A DNA stretch of 64,000 nucleotides. Origin: Octopus sinensis (taxonomy: Eukaryota). Position numbers and translations under genes: made by a program. The stretch covers positions 57,102,001-57,166,000 of the forward strand of contig NC_043007.1 of assembly GCF_006345805.1 (NCBI RefSeq), read 5' to 3'. Below, in pieces: positions 1 to 11,509 of this stretch (the first letter of the stretch is position 1; each line of letters begins with the position of its first letter). The notes under the pieces are model-generated. The model was not told the origin of the DNA, ran no database searches, and saw nothing but the letters and a program-made list of their open reading frames with translations.

Positions 1-195
1 TTGAAGGTGTTTAGTTGCTCAAATCAACCCCATTACATATTTTTTCGAGTCTGATATTTACGCTATCGGATACTTTTCACGGATCGCTAAGTTACAGGGA
101 GGTAAACAAACTAACACACACATACACACACACACACACATACACACGCACATACGCACACACATACACACACACACACACATTAGCAATATAAT

Positions 196-329
196 TATAA
201 CGAAATAGAATATGGAGACTTGTTCATCCTCAAAATTTATTTCTTCTTATTTTACAATTTTATGAAATTATAAAACAGGAGAAAATAAATTTTGAGGATG
301 AACAAGTCTCCATATTCTATTTCGTTATA
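196..329. repeat. Foldback/palindromic element (~134 bp)
   Basis: 196-242 TATAACGAAATAGAATATGGAGACTTGTTCATCCTCAAAATTTATTT is the exact reverse complement of 283-329. Imperfect pairing continues to the centre. Confidence 0.93.
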
Positions 330-509
330 GTTATTACTTATATATACTCCAGACAATATTACAGTCCAGTGAAGCGAACACAGAGAAATTCACTGTGTGA
401 CTGACAACTAATAGTAGTTAAATGTGATCAATGTAGTTAGCTGTAACCTGAAACGCAACTGACATTCATCACGGTATCCGCCCAGACAATATATCCCTCC
501 AAACTCACA

Positions 510-552
<43 letters not shown>

Positions 553-706
553 TGTGTGTGTGTGTGTGTGGTTATGAAGCTCGCTTTGCAAAAATATTTT
601 TCAGATTCAGTCCCACTGAGTGCCACCTTTAGCAAATGTCTTTGCCACGGGTCAACCAATGCTTTATGAATAGATTTGGTAGACGGACGTTTAGTGGAAG
701 CCCGTG

Positions 707-777
<71 letters not shown>

Positions 778-782
<5 letters not shown>

Positions 783-1938
783 AAAGAATCTGAAAATGTA
801 GGAGTATTTTAAAAGCATTTAACTTAACCGGTTTCACTTATTTAAAAAGATTTTCAAAAGATGTGAGGCTTTTTCTATTCTCTGTGGTGTAAAAAATTAC
901 TTTACATAAATGTATTCAGATCATGTGATAGAATCTTTTACAATGATAAGAAAACGCTTGAGGCTTTGTGTATCCCTTGTGATGAGTCAAAAAATAGTTT
1001 ACATAAAAAACATTTAGATCAGGTAATAATATTTTTACAATGATAAGAAGATAAAAATTAGTTTACATAAATATATCCAAATCAAGTAATAAAGATCTTG
1101 ACAAGAAGATAAAACGTGTCTGGTTTGTCACTCAACGGTGCTAAAGTTTTAGTTTCACAGTGATCAGAAACCATAATCGTTTGCAGCGTCTTAAATTGCA
1201 AAAAGTGGTAAGTAGAGAAATAACAGACCATTTATAGTTCTCGGATCTGGTTGTAGGGTCTCGCTTCTGGATGGATTTTAACAGTCACCACTATTTTATA
1301 CAGAGATGGTGGCTCAGAATTGTCTTCTTGTTTAAAAAACAATGTGGTTGGTTGATGGCAGTCACGTGATCAAAAGATGGTTCTGTTTTTTAAAAAAGGG
1401 TGGCCTAGAATTGTTTTCTCTCTAAAAATAGTGTGGGGTTGATGGCATTCAATCCCCATCACACAATCAAAAGGTTCTGATAGTTGTTGTGGAGCCAAGA
1501 AAGGCTTTAGTGAGCTGGTTCAGTAGTTTTAGCTGGTGTTTTGGGGTTTATACGTATGACCCACAGGTAAAGAACGGTGTGTATTTGCGTGTAAGTGTAT
1601 GTGTGCATATATGTGTGTGTGTTTTCTGGTCAGGGCGGTGTGTACGTGCACTTGGATATGTGTGTGTGTCTATGTATGTGTGAGTGCTATAATTGTCCAG
1701 GCAGTGTGTGTATGTGTGTATTATATTTGTAAGGGCGCTTTGTGTGTTTCCGTGTGCGTGCATATGTACGTGTGTGTTACGTTTATCCGGGGGGGGGGGT
1801 GCATGTGTGCGTGTGTGCGTGTGCGTTTATGTGCGCGTGGGTGTGCGTGTGGATTTGCGTGTAAGTGTATGTGAGTGTTTTTCTGGTCTGGGTGGTGTGT
1901 ACGCGCACGTGGGTATGTGTGTACGCACGTATGTGTAT

Positions 1939-1968
<30 letters not shown>
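778..1968 (-). repeat. Left inverted arm (inverted pLTR/3' end copy) of the Penelope-like element
   Basis: 778-1590 is the reverse complement of ~5225-6003 (e.g. AACTTAACCGGTTTCACTTATTTAAAAAGATTTTCAAAAG vs CTTTTGAAAATCTTTTTAAATAAGTGAAACCGGTTAAGTT). 1570-1968 is an inverted copy of the last modules of the CA-rich array. Identity is roughly 80-85% by eye. Confidence 0.92.
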
Positions 1969-1969
<1 letters not shown>

Positions 1970-3282
1970 GACGGGAAGTCATAAGATTCTGGCTAGAAAA
2001 ATACCTCAATGAGATCCCGGAAAGAATAGAAAAAGATTTTATCTTCGAGGGACTTAAATTCATTTTGCAAAGCAACTTTTTAATCTTTAATGATAACACC
2101 TATAAAGAGATATCAGGAACTGTGATGGGTAGAAAAGTTGCCTCAAATTACGCTAATATGGTTACGGCCTACCTGGAAGTCCAAATATATGAACAATCCA
2201 AATTAAAATACGGCCTGAACTTCTACAAGTACCTGTTAGAGACCTGAAAGCGCTACTTTAATGAATGCCTCATTCTATGGTCTCACACAGTCGACCAAAT
2301 CAATAAATTAAAAAACCTAATTAACGGCATCAACTATCATATCCAATTCACAATGAAATATAGTCAAGATCCACTCCCATTTCTGACATCTTAATCATAA
2401 AAAAGATACAAACATCAAAACTGATGTCCACTACAAACCGACTGATTCCAGACAAAATCTTCTATTTGCCTCCAACTACCCAAAACACACGAAGACAAAC
2501 ATTCCCTTTAATCTAGCGTGAAGAATTTGTACAATTGTATCAAATTATGAAACACGGGAAAAAAGACCCCAAGAACTAAAAGAAATTCTACTCGAAAGAC
2601 AGTACTCATCATTAATTGATAATGGAATAGAATGGACTAAGACAATCGACATCCAAGATTTACGAAAACAGAAACACACTCAAAGTACGCTAAATAGTCT
2701 TCCATATCTCTCAACACACAGCCCAAGAAATACAGAAGCTTACACCATTATACTCAAGAACATCCCACTACTGAGTCAAGACCCACAATTAAAAAAAGCA
2801 CTTAAAACCCCCATAAAATTAATAAAAAGCAAGAAACAATCCAAATCCTGAAAAAATGACTCACTAGTGCAGAATTACACATCACAAACCAAACACTAAC
2901 CGTTAAAAAATGTGGTCGCTCTAATTGCATTCACTTCATTGAAGGTAATATGCGTAAATTTTAATCAGGACACACTTTTGTCATAAAAAATAACTGCACC
3001 TGCTCATCAAAAAAATTAATTTATGTCATTAGGTGCCACAAAGATTACGTAGGACAGACTAGCCTTATCCTCATAGACATGATGACAATCCACCGCCAAC
3101 AATTGCGGGACCCCACCACAAGACAGGTACCACTCAGTGACCACTTAGATCTCTGTGCAAAAAATAAGTCCCCCAACTTCCAAGTTTTTCACTGTACCTT
3201 TGCTCAGACACCATCATTGACCAAACACGAATAAATAAAGAAAATACTGTTGTTCGGAAATACAAACCACACTTAAAAATAT
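1970..3282 (+). pseudogene. Penelope-like element (Neptune-like) ORF relic: C-terminal half of RT plus GIY-YIG endonuclease, multiple stops/frameshifts
   Basis: Hand translation gives REVIRFWLEK...ISGTVMGRKVASNYANMVTAYLE (PLE RT GxxMG motif), degraded YxDD region (KRYFNECL), IQFTMKYS..LPF, TDVHYKPTD. It then gives KKCGRSNC (Cys motif), LIYVIRC..DYVGQT (GIY-YIG) and IHRQQLRDP..PLSDHLDLC. A C-terminal EN with a Cys motif fits the Neptune-type layout (inference). Confidence 0.9.
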
Positions 3283-3309
3283 ATACTTGGACTGTCGAAT
3301 GGTGTCAGC

Positions 3310-5232
3310 AATACTCTAATTCCTACATACACGCACACCCCCTACACGAATTCACGCATAAGCATAATATCCCTATCTCCCAGGAACACACATCCACAAC
3401 AAACATACAAAGGCACATTCATAAATACACACATATACACGCACTCATACACACACAGACACATATGCAGATACGCACACACACACACACACACACACAC
3501 GCACAAATGCAATACAATCCAAGCACACACACAAGCATACACACACGCATACACGCAAACACAATATCCTCATTCTCCAGAAAAAACACACACGCAATAC
3601 AGTTTAACAGTCACAACAAACACTCAGATGCACTCATATTTAAACACATAGACAAGCACATGCACGTACACACTTACACATACACACACACACACCACTC
3701 TGACAAACAGTAAACATACACATACATCGCCCTGAGAAATACAAATAACACACACACCTATACTCACCTACACACACATACATACACACACGCAAACCCA
3801 CGTGCACGTGCACACACCGCCCTAACAAACGTTACACACATACACACACGTACACATGCACACCACCCTGACAAACGTAACACTCATGCACACACACACA
3901 CAGACACACAAAAACTGTTCTCTGACAAATATAACATACACATACACACGCATACACACTTGCACATATACACACCGCCCGGATAGTTATAACATACACA
4001 CACACATACTTACATGCACACAAACACCACCCTGACCAGAGAAAACACACACGCATACATACACACATTCACTTACATGTACACACACACGCACCTATAC
4101 GTACACATACACACGTATACATGCACATCACCCCGACAAACGTAACACACACATACACATGCACATACACGGACACACACACAGTGCCCTGACAAATATA
4201 ACACGCAGACACATACGCAGATACACACACACACACACACACAAATACAATACAATCCACGCAAACACACGCACATACACACACGTACACACACATACAC
4301 AATATTCTCATTCCTCAGATAAAAAGCATACCTTCACATGCAATAATTTAACTGTCACAACAAACACTCAGGCACACTCATATATACATATATATACATA
4401 TATATATACACAGGCACATACACGTACACACTTACACACACACAGCCCTGGCAAACACAGCACACACATACATACACATACACACCGCCCTGAGAAATAC
4501 AAATAGCACACACACATACAGACGTGCGCGCGCACACACTGTCCCGACAAACACAACACATACACATGCACGCACACGTACACACACACTGCTCTGACAA
4601 ATATAACAGACACACATACACACGCATGCACACGTACATACACACACATGCACACGTACATACACACCTATGCACACGTACATACACATACATGCACACG
4701 TACATACACACACTACCCGATAAATAAAAAACATAAACGTACACACGCACACATAGGCTTACTCACTTACACACGCACACATCCCGCTAACAAACACAAC
4801 ACACACATACTCCCGCACACATACGCACACATGCACACTACCCTAATAAACGTAATACACACGTACACATGCATGCACACGGACACAAACGCTGCACCCT
4901 GACAAATATAACAGACACATACACAGGCATACACACGCATACACACGCACATACACACACTGCCCAGACAATTATAAAGCATACACACATACCTACGTAC
5001 GACGTCCTGACCAGAAAAAAACACACATATACATACTCACATACACTTACACGCAAATACACACGCACACACACGCGCACATACACACACACACACACAC
5101 GCATACACACATAATACAAACACCGACAATTATAACACACACAGACACACATGCACACATACCCACGTGCACGCACACACAGCCCTGACTAGAAAAATAC
5201 ACACACATACATACACTTACACGCAAATACAC
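3310..5232 (+). repeat. Modular CA-rich minisatellite in the 3' region of the Penelope-like element
   Basis: Degenerate (CA)n punctuated by recurring CCCTGACAAA(T/C)(A/G)TAAC-like motifs. Higher-order repeat of ~750 bp (AATACAATCC at ~3501 and ~4249; CTCATT...TTTAAC..GTCACAACAAACACTCAG at ~3570-3630 and ~4307-4370). Confidence 0.85.
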
Positions 5233-6003
5233 ACCATTCTTTACTTATGACTCATACATATAAACCCCAAAACACCAGCCAATACTACTGAACCATATCA
5301 AAACCAGCTCGCCAAACAAGCCTTTCTTGGCTCCACGACTATTAGAACCATTTGACCATGTGACTGTCATCAACCGCCCACATTCTTTTTGGAGAGAAAA
5401 CAATTATAAGCCACCTTTTTTTCAAAAACAAGCATCTTTTGATCACTTGAATGCCATCAACCAACCATATTGTTTTTTGAGCCACCATCTCTGAATAAAA
5501 TAGCAGTAACTGTTAAATTCCATCCAGATGCGAGACCCTACAACCAGATCCGAGAACTATAAATGGTCTGTTATTTCTCTACTCACTTATTTTGTAATTC
5601 AAGATGCTGCAAACAATTATGGTTTCTGATCACTGTGAAACTAAAACTTTAGCATCGATTGAGTGACAAACCAGACACGTTCTTGGTTTGGATATATCTA
5701 TGTAAACAAATTTTTATCTTCTTAACATTGTAAAAAAATATATTACTTGATCTGAATGTTTTTATGTAAGCTATTTTTTAACTCATCACAGAGGATATAC
5801 AGAGCCTCAAACGTTTTCTTATCATTGTCAAATACTCTATCACTTGATTTGAATACATTTGTTTTAATTAATCTTTGACAACACAGAGGATAGACAAAAC
5901 CTCACACTTTACTTTTGAAAATCTTTTTAAATAAGTGAAACCGGTTAAGTTAATAAATACTTTTAAAATACTCCTGCATTTTCAAATACTTTTCTTTACA
6001 TGT
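5225..6003 (+). repeat. Right arm: unique 3' terminal region (pLTR) of the Penelope-like element
   Basis: Reverse complement of 778-1590. Contains internal ~95 bp tandem subrepeats (TTTACATAA...GATCA.GT.AT...TTTTACAATGATAAGAA in left-arm orientation). Confidence 0.88.
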
Positions 6004-6009
6004 ATATAA

Positions 6010-6336
6010 ATTAAACAAGTAAAGAACCCCTTCTGTCGTGAATGACCATGAGATTGTACCCAAAAGCTCCCCTCCGAGGCAGAAATTCGGGCAAGGTTGT
6101 TTATGGAAGACCAGCAATCGCCCATGCTTACCAGTCTTTCCTGTCCACGCCACCGATGTTATCTAAGGGAAAGTCAAAGGCCAATACACCATGGCACCAG
6201 TGACATAGCAACTCATTTCTACAGCTAAGTAACGTGGAATAAAGTGTCTTGCCCAAGAACACAACACACAGCCTAGTCCGGGAATCAAACTCACTACCAC
6301 ACGATTGTATGTCCGACGCTCTACACTGAGCCATGT
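6010..6336 (-). mobile_element. tRNA-derived SINE with RTE-like 3' tail
   Basis: Minus strand begins with a tRNA-like head (GGCTCAGTGTAGAGCGTCGGAC...GAGTTTGATTCCCGG). A central core follows, then a tail resembling an RTE/BovB 3' end (inference; the layout matches described cephalopod SINEs). Confidence 0.7.
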
Positions 6337-6355
6337 GGATTATTACACACAGAGG

Positions 6356-6419
<64 letters not shown>

Positions 6420-6423
<4 letters not shown>

Positions 6424-6611
6424 GTTAATCCAAACATGAAAACACAAAGAGAAACACAACACGCGAGAGGACGTGGAACGAAAGAAAGAAGAGGATTTAA
6501 CGTTTCTAGCGGAGCTCTTCGTCAGAAACATGGGAAAAGGAAAGATCCAAAGAAGGGAAGACGGAGGAAAAAGTTGCCAACATACATACGCGGTCTCACA
6601 CACACACACAC

Positions 6612-6663
<52 letters not shown>

Positions 6664-7205
6664 TATATATACGCGGTCACACACACGGCCCCAATTTTTC
6701 TTTTGCCTTTATTTTATAAGTTACTTATAAATTTAACATTTAAAGGTATTTTTTAATATGCTAGCCATTGATAAATTTTTTTTTCGAAAAAAAAATTGTT
6801 ATCCTACATTAGTTGTAAATTTAATAGTGTTCACTTCCAGACTCTCTCACTCTGTGAAAGTTTCTAGTTCGAATCACACGTGTCTCGAGAGGTGCTGAAG
6901 ATTTTCTATTTTGGATATATTTGGGGTACTTAGGTCTGCTCAGGACTTAGTGCTTGCTTTTTCCATGAGTATGAGAACGTATTTCATTTATGTCTTACGT
7001 ATTTATCGCTGAGGAGGAGAAAATTCTTATGAATTAACTCTGAAATTGGGATCAATACGGTAATAACCGAATTTTTTAGAAATTTCTATCGGCTAGTTTC
7101 GAGACGCATAAATTATAATGGGTATTGACAATTTGTCTATTTTGGGCATATTTGGCCTTAGAATTTTTCTTTTGAAAAAGTTTTATCCTATATTAAATAT
7201 ATATA
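6420..7205 (-). mobile_element. Penelope pLTR-derived element: hammerhead-bearing segment plus ~475 bp repeat unit
   Basis: 6690-7205 aligns along its length with 21190-21760. A hammerhead motif lies at 6495-6530. Both ends sit in (TA)n. PLE origin is an inference. Confidence 0.55.
6495..6530 (-). ncRNA. Minimal type I hammerhead ribozyme motif (stem II slightly damaged)
   Basis: Minus strand reads GTTT-CTGACGA-A-GAGC-TCC-GCTA-GAAAC-GTT-AAAT: CUGANGA core, GAAA, palindromic AACGTT stem III, GUU cleavage triplet, 4 bp stem I. Confidence 0.7.
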
Positions 7206-7280
7206 TATATTGCAAACAATTAACAGATGAAAGCTCTGGAACAACATCACTGTTTCTGAACGAACCTTTTCCAAAATTTG

Positions 7281-7682
7281 CAGGCGTGGCTGTGTGGTAA
7301 GAAGCTTACTTCCCAATCACATGGTTTCAGGCTCTGTTCCACTGCGTGGTTAAATGTCTTCTACTATAGCCTGGGGCCGACCAAAACCTTGTGCGCAGAT
7401 TTGGTGAACGGAACCTGTAAAGAGTCCCTTATGTATATATATATGCATATCTGTGTGTTTGTGAGTGTGTGTCTTTCTGTCTTTGTTCCTACCACCGCTT
7501 GACAACTGGTGTTGGTGTGTTTGGGTCCCCGTAACCTAGTGGTTCGGCAAAAGAAACCAATAGAATAAGTACCAGACTTTAAAAAAAAGTAAGTGCTGGA
7601 ATCTATTCTTCCAGCCAAAAATTCTTCAAAGAGTTGCTCCCGCATGGCTGCAGTCTAATGACTGAAACAAGTAAAAGAAAGA
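7281..7682 (+). mobile_element. Family-A tRNA-derived SINE, full length
   Basis: GCAGGCGTGGCTGTGTGGTAAGAAGC...GGGCCGACCAAA...(TA/TG)n...CCACCGCTTGACAAC...GGTTCGGCAAAAG...GCAGTCTAATGACTGAAACAAGTAAAAG. Confidence 0.9.
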
Positions 7683-8220
7683 CAAATCCTAAATCAACGT
7701 AAAATAATGCGTAGAGAAAAAAAATCATCCCTGAGCTAAGCAATTTTGAAGCAAAACAGGAAATGCTCAAGAGAAGCGATGGTATTCTTAATGGAATAGT
7801 AGCAGAGTAAGAGTGTTAATGCAAAGTATAAGAACATTGTAAATTTATAATGTCAAACTTTCTGCTTTCATTTCTCTTTCAGTTTTTCTTAGTTAATCTT
7901 ACACTTTCTTCAAACTTTCTCTTCGCACTCCATCTAAATTTTCTCTCTCTCCTTCTCCCCATACATTCTGATGAATTTCTCATACACTGCAATATTAAGA
8001 GAGTATATACCTAAACAACTTAGTGATTATGATTTCCCATAAAAAAATTATATCCTCGGAAAGTTACCATGTGTTTTCAAATATTATGAAACATAGAACC
8101 TGAATTATCGTTTAATTACTTCACATTTAAAATTGACTAATTTTTATTAAAATATTCAGGGATAATTGTCTATTATTTACACTGTATTGCAGTGTCTTTA
8201 TATATGTATGTATCTGTATC

Positions 8221-8276
<56 letters not shown>

Positions 8277-8323
8277 GTATGTATATATATATATTATTTA
8301 ATAAACACAGTATATGCTTTTAT

Positions 8324-8407
8324 GCGCTACTATTAGTTTCATGTGATAAGAGCATACCAGATAATACTGTTTAACACGTCTGGTGTCCCAGTACAAGCAT
8401 CAGGCAC
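8324..8407 (-). ncRNA. Degenerate type I hammerhead motif in the 3' UTR of the second PLE
   Basis: Minus strand reads GTGC-CTGATGC-(~55 nt)-GAAAC-TAATA-GTA-GCGC. Stem I (GTGC/GCGC) and stem III (ACTA/TAGT) form, but A9 is C and stem II is poor. Confidence 0.45.
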
Positions 8408-8599
8408 TGCCCACATGGCATATATATACTAAAAAATTGGACGACAGGAAAAGAGAAAAAGCGAGAAAAGACTAGAAAGAAGTAGATATAAAAGGTGTAA
8501 TGTTAAAAAGTTGGAAAACGAAAAAGAAAGCAGAATGAAGGAAATAAGGAGATTTAGTGTTATTTCCCTTTGACAGCAAAATATAAGGCTGAAACGATA

Positions 8600-9310
8600 G
8601 TGGCTTAGAATCTATGGTACAGCTGTTCAATCCGGCGAGGGTGGCACTTTCAAATTCGTCAATAAGAACTTAGTCATATGCTTGCAACCATCGAAAATTT
8701 CGGATCTAGAATTCAGCAGTGTGATCTGAATTCTTTCCGCTAATTTTGTCGCTGTGTCGATTGAAGATATGTGATTAGCTTAGCAATTTTTGAATTCTCC
8801 TTCACATAGTCCGATATAGTTCTTCTTATCGGTTGTGTTATTAATTAACGTTGCTGTAACTTTTGTCTCATATTTGGCGGATTTAATCATGCATCCCTAG
8901 TCGGGTGGCCAGGTTCCTGGGTCGCGACAGTTACAACTTGGTGTTGTTCTTGTTTAATAATGTTTTTCATATTGGGACAGCAGCTTTACGATAGTTTTAT
9001 GGAGCACCTGTTAAATATTTTCTTGTACCTGTGATTTTCTGGAAAATGTTTGTCTTGGAGTGACAGGAATCTTTTACTTGTGTTAGTTTTTACATTAAGG
9101 GAAAGGAGGGGGTAACCAAATTATTTTCCTAGGTTTATTTTTAAGTCTATTATAATTATTCCTGTTAGCATTAGAAAGGTTGTACATTAATATATTCTCG
9201 AAGCCACTATTTGCTAGGGCATTGTTGTAGTAGGGGGCTGCCTTCTCGAAAATTTCTTTAGAGGAAGAGAAGTTCGAAACTCTATTAGTATTCAAAACTA
9301 AAATGACATC
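8600..9310 (-). pseudogene. Second Penelope-like element relic (RT thumb/linker plus GIY-YIG), different lineage from the first
   Basis: Minus-strand translation gives [47 protein letters not shown]...[42 protein letters not shown] and KNYIGLCEGEFK (GIY-YIG). Stops and frameshifts are present. Confidence 0.85.
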
Positions 9311-9436
9311 TGATATTAAAAATTTTAGAAGTTCTAAAAAGAAGTTCATTTTTCCCGACAAGACCAACAAACTTTCACAGAATATATATGTTAGTAATAC
9401 CAGCGATTATAATTATTTTTATTTTATCGCAATTTG

Positions 9437-9570
<134 letters not shown>

Positions 9571-9767
9571 TATATCATATAATTTGTAACGGCAGATACC
9601 GAAACAGATGCAGCTATAAATAATGGCGTGTAAGTATAGGGTAAGAAAGCATTTTGACAGAAAATATCGAAGGATGCTCGTGGAACTAGAATTCACATAC
9701 TCTGTACACATGACAGTCACTCTACCTTGGACAAAAATGAACTGTCGAATCTCTCTATTTTATAGAC

Positions 9768-9975
9768 ATTGGTTTCAAATTTTTAGTACAAGGCTTGCAT
9801 TTTTGGGGCAGGGATAAATTGATTGCAACTATCTCAGTGTTCAGCTGGTATTTATCGCCCTCGAAAGGATTACAAGCAAAGTCGACCACAGTGGAATTTG
9901 AATTCAGAAAGTAAAATCGGACAAAATACCGGTAAAGCATTTTGGCTTTTATGTTAATGATTCTGCCAGTTCACT
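9768..9975 (-). mobile_element. Family-B SINE
   Basis: GGTTTCAAATTTT...CAAGGC...AAAGTCGAC...GGAATTTGAATTCAGAA...GATTCTGCCAG. Confidence 0.8.
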
Positions 9976-10222
9976 ACCTTAAATTTAACTTAATATAAGG
10001 GCATATAAACCCCAGCTAGCTAGCTAAATATGTGTAGATATGTGTATGTGTGTGTGTATGTGGGTGCTAGTGTGTATGTGTACATAAAGAAATGCATATA
10101 TATAAATACATGTGTGCAGACACATATATATATACATATATGTATGTATTTATGTATGTATGTATGTATGTATGTATGTATGTATGTATGTATGTATGTA
10201 TGTATGTCTGTCTGTATGTATG

Positions 10223-10268
<46 letters not shown>

Positions 10269-10770
10269 CACATCTGTGTCTATATGTAGATCTACACACG
10301 TACACATATGAACAAACGCGCACATACGATTTACAGTTGACATAATACTGAAAATACAGAGATTCTCAAATGTTACACGTGAGATTATTTCTTAGGGGAG
10401 AACTCTAAACTATTCTTGGAAGCAGGGATATATTGTAAAAGGGAATTCAGGAAGGAACCGTTTATATTTATTCTCGAAGTTCCACTTTTGGATCCCGGTT
10501 GAAAGCATTGTACTTCAATATCATCCGATTTCAGTGAAGGAAGGAACCTGTCAAACTGATATGCACTTTTGGACATACGTACGTATTCTATGTCATTAGT
10601 ATGTAAACATACTAAATAGCGAGTTATTTTGTTAGTTTGATAAAGGAAGCGACGGACAGTTAGACAGAGGCAGACGCATATATACAAACAGATACGTGTA
10701 TAAACATTACAAGAAGGCTCAGGGAGACTGAAATTGGATATACATGTATATATGTATGTACGTATTTATG

Positions 10771-10830
<60 letters not shown>

Positions 10831-10919
10831 CACACATGTATGTGTATGCATATACATACATACATCCATATATGTATATATATACATACACACAATAAAT
10901 ATATCAAAAAATATACGTA

Positions 10920-10987
<68 letters not shown>

Positions 10988-11456
10988 AGTATACGTGCAT
11001 ATGTACATGTATGTATGCATGAATTTATGTAGATAAAACAGAGAAAGGGAGAGATTAGAGAGAAACTACAAAAAAGAGAATAAGGAATATAATATAAATA
11101 TTATAAAATACAGGGGTAGAATGAAAAAATACATAAAATACAGGGGTAGAATGAAAAGCAGAGAGAAAAGAAGGGGATGGGGAGAGACAGACAGAAAATG
11201 TAAATCACAGAAAGAGGAAAGATTTAGAGAAGGTGGTGGGAAAGGATACAGATAAATATACAGTGCTGAATGAGAGTAAAAGTAACATAAATATTTAGGA
11301 ACATTGAAATAGGTAGAAACATCGAGTGGACAGGAATGATAGTCAGAGAAAGTGACTCATAAAAGAGTGAGAGAGGTTTAGATAGAAAGAAAGAGAGACT
11401 TAATCCGAGAGCAATGTAAAAACAGTGGGAAGGTGTAGGGAAACAAAGAGAAACTT

Positions 11457-11509
<53 letters not shown>

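Noticed and set aside
3680-5232. Regularly spaced conserved motif with variable spacers, superficially CRISPR-like
   Set aside because: Spacers are degenerate (CA)n rather than unique, motifs are short and divergent, there are no cas genes, and the context is eukaryotic.
778-6003. Interpretation as a long-TIR DNA transposon (Foldback/Polinton-like)
   Set aside because: The interior encodes PLE RT and GIY-YIG, and the left arm replaces the 5' half of the RT, which fits retroelement 5' inversion; no transposase or integrase seen.
7281-7350. tRNA-like A/B-box sequences (also 6270-6336, 32205-32275, 59212-59300)
   Set aside because: They are SINE heads continuing into family-specific bodies; no complete cloverleaf.
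11105-11160. Short tandem duplications (AAAATACAGGGGTAGAATGAAAA x2; also 45310-45360)
   Set aside because: Ordinary slippage duplications with no further structure.
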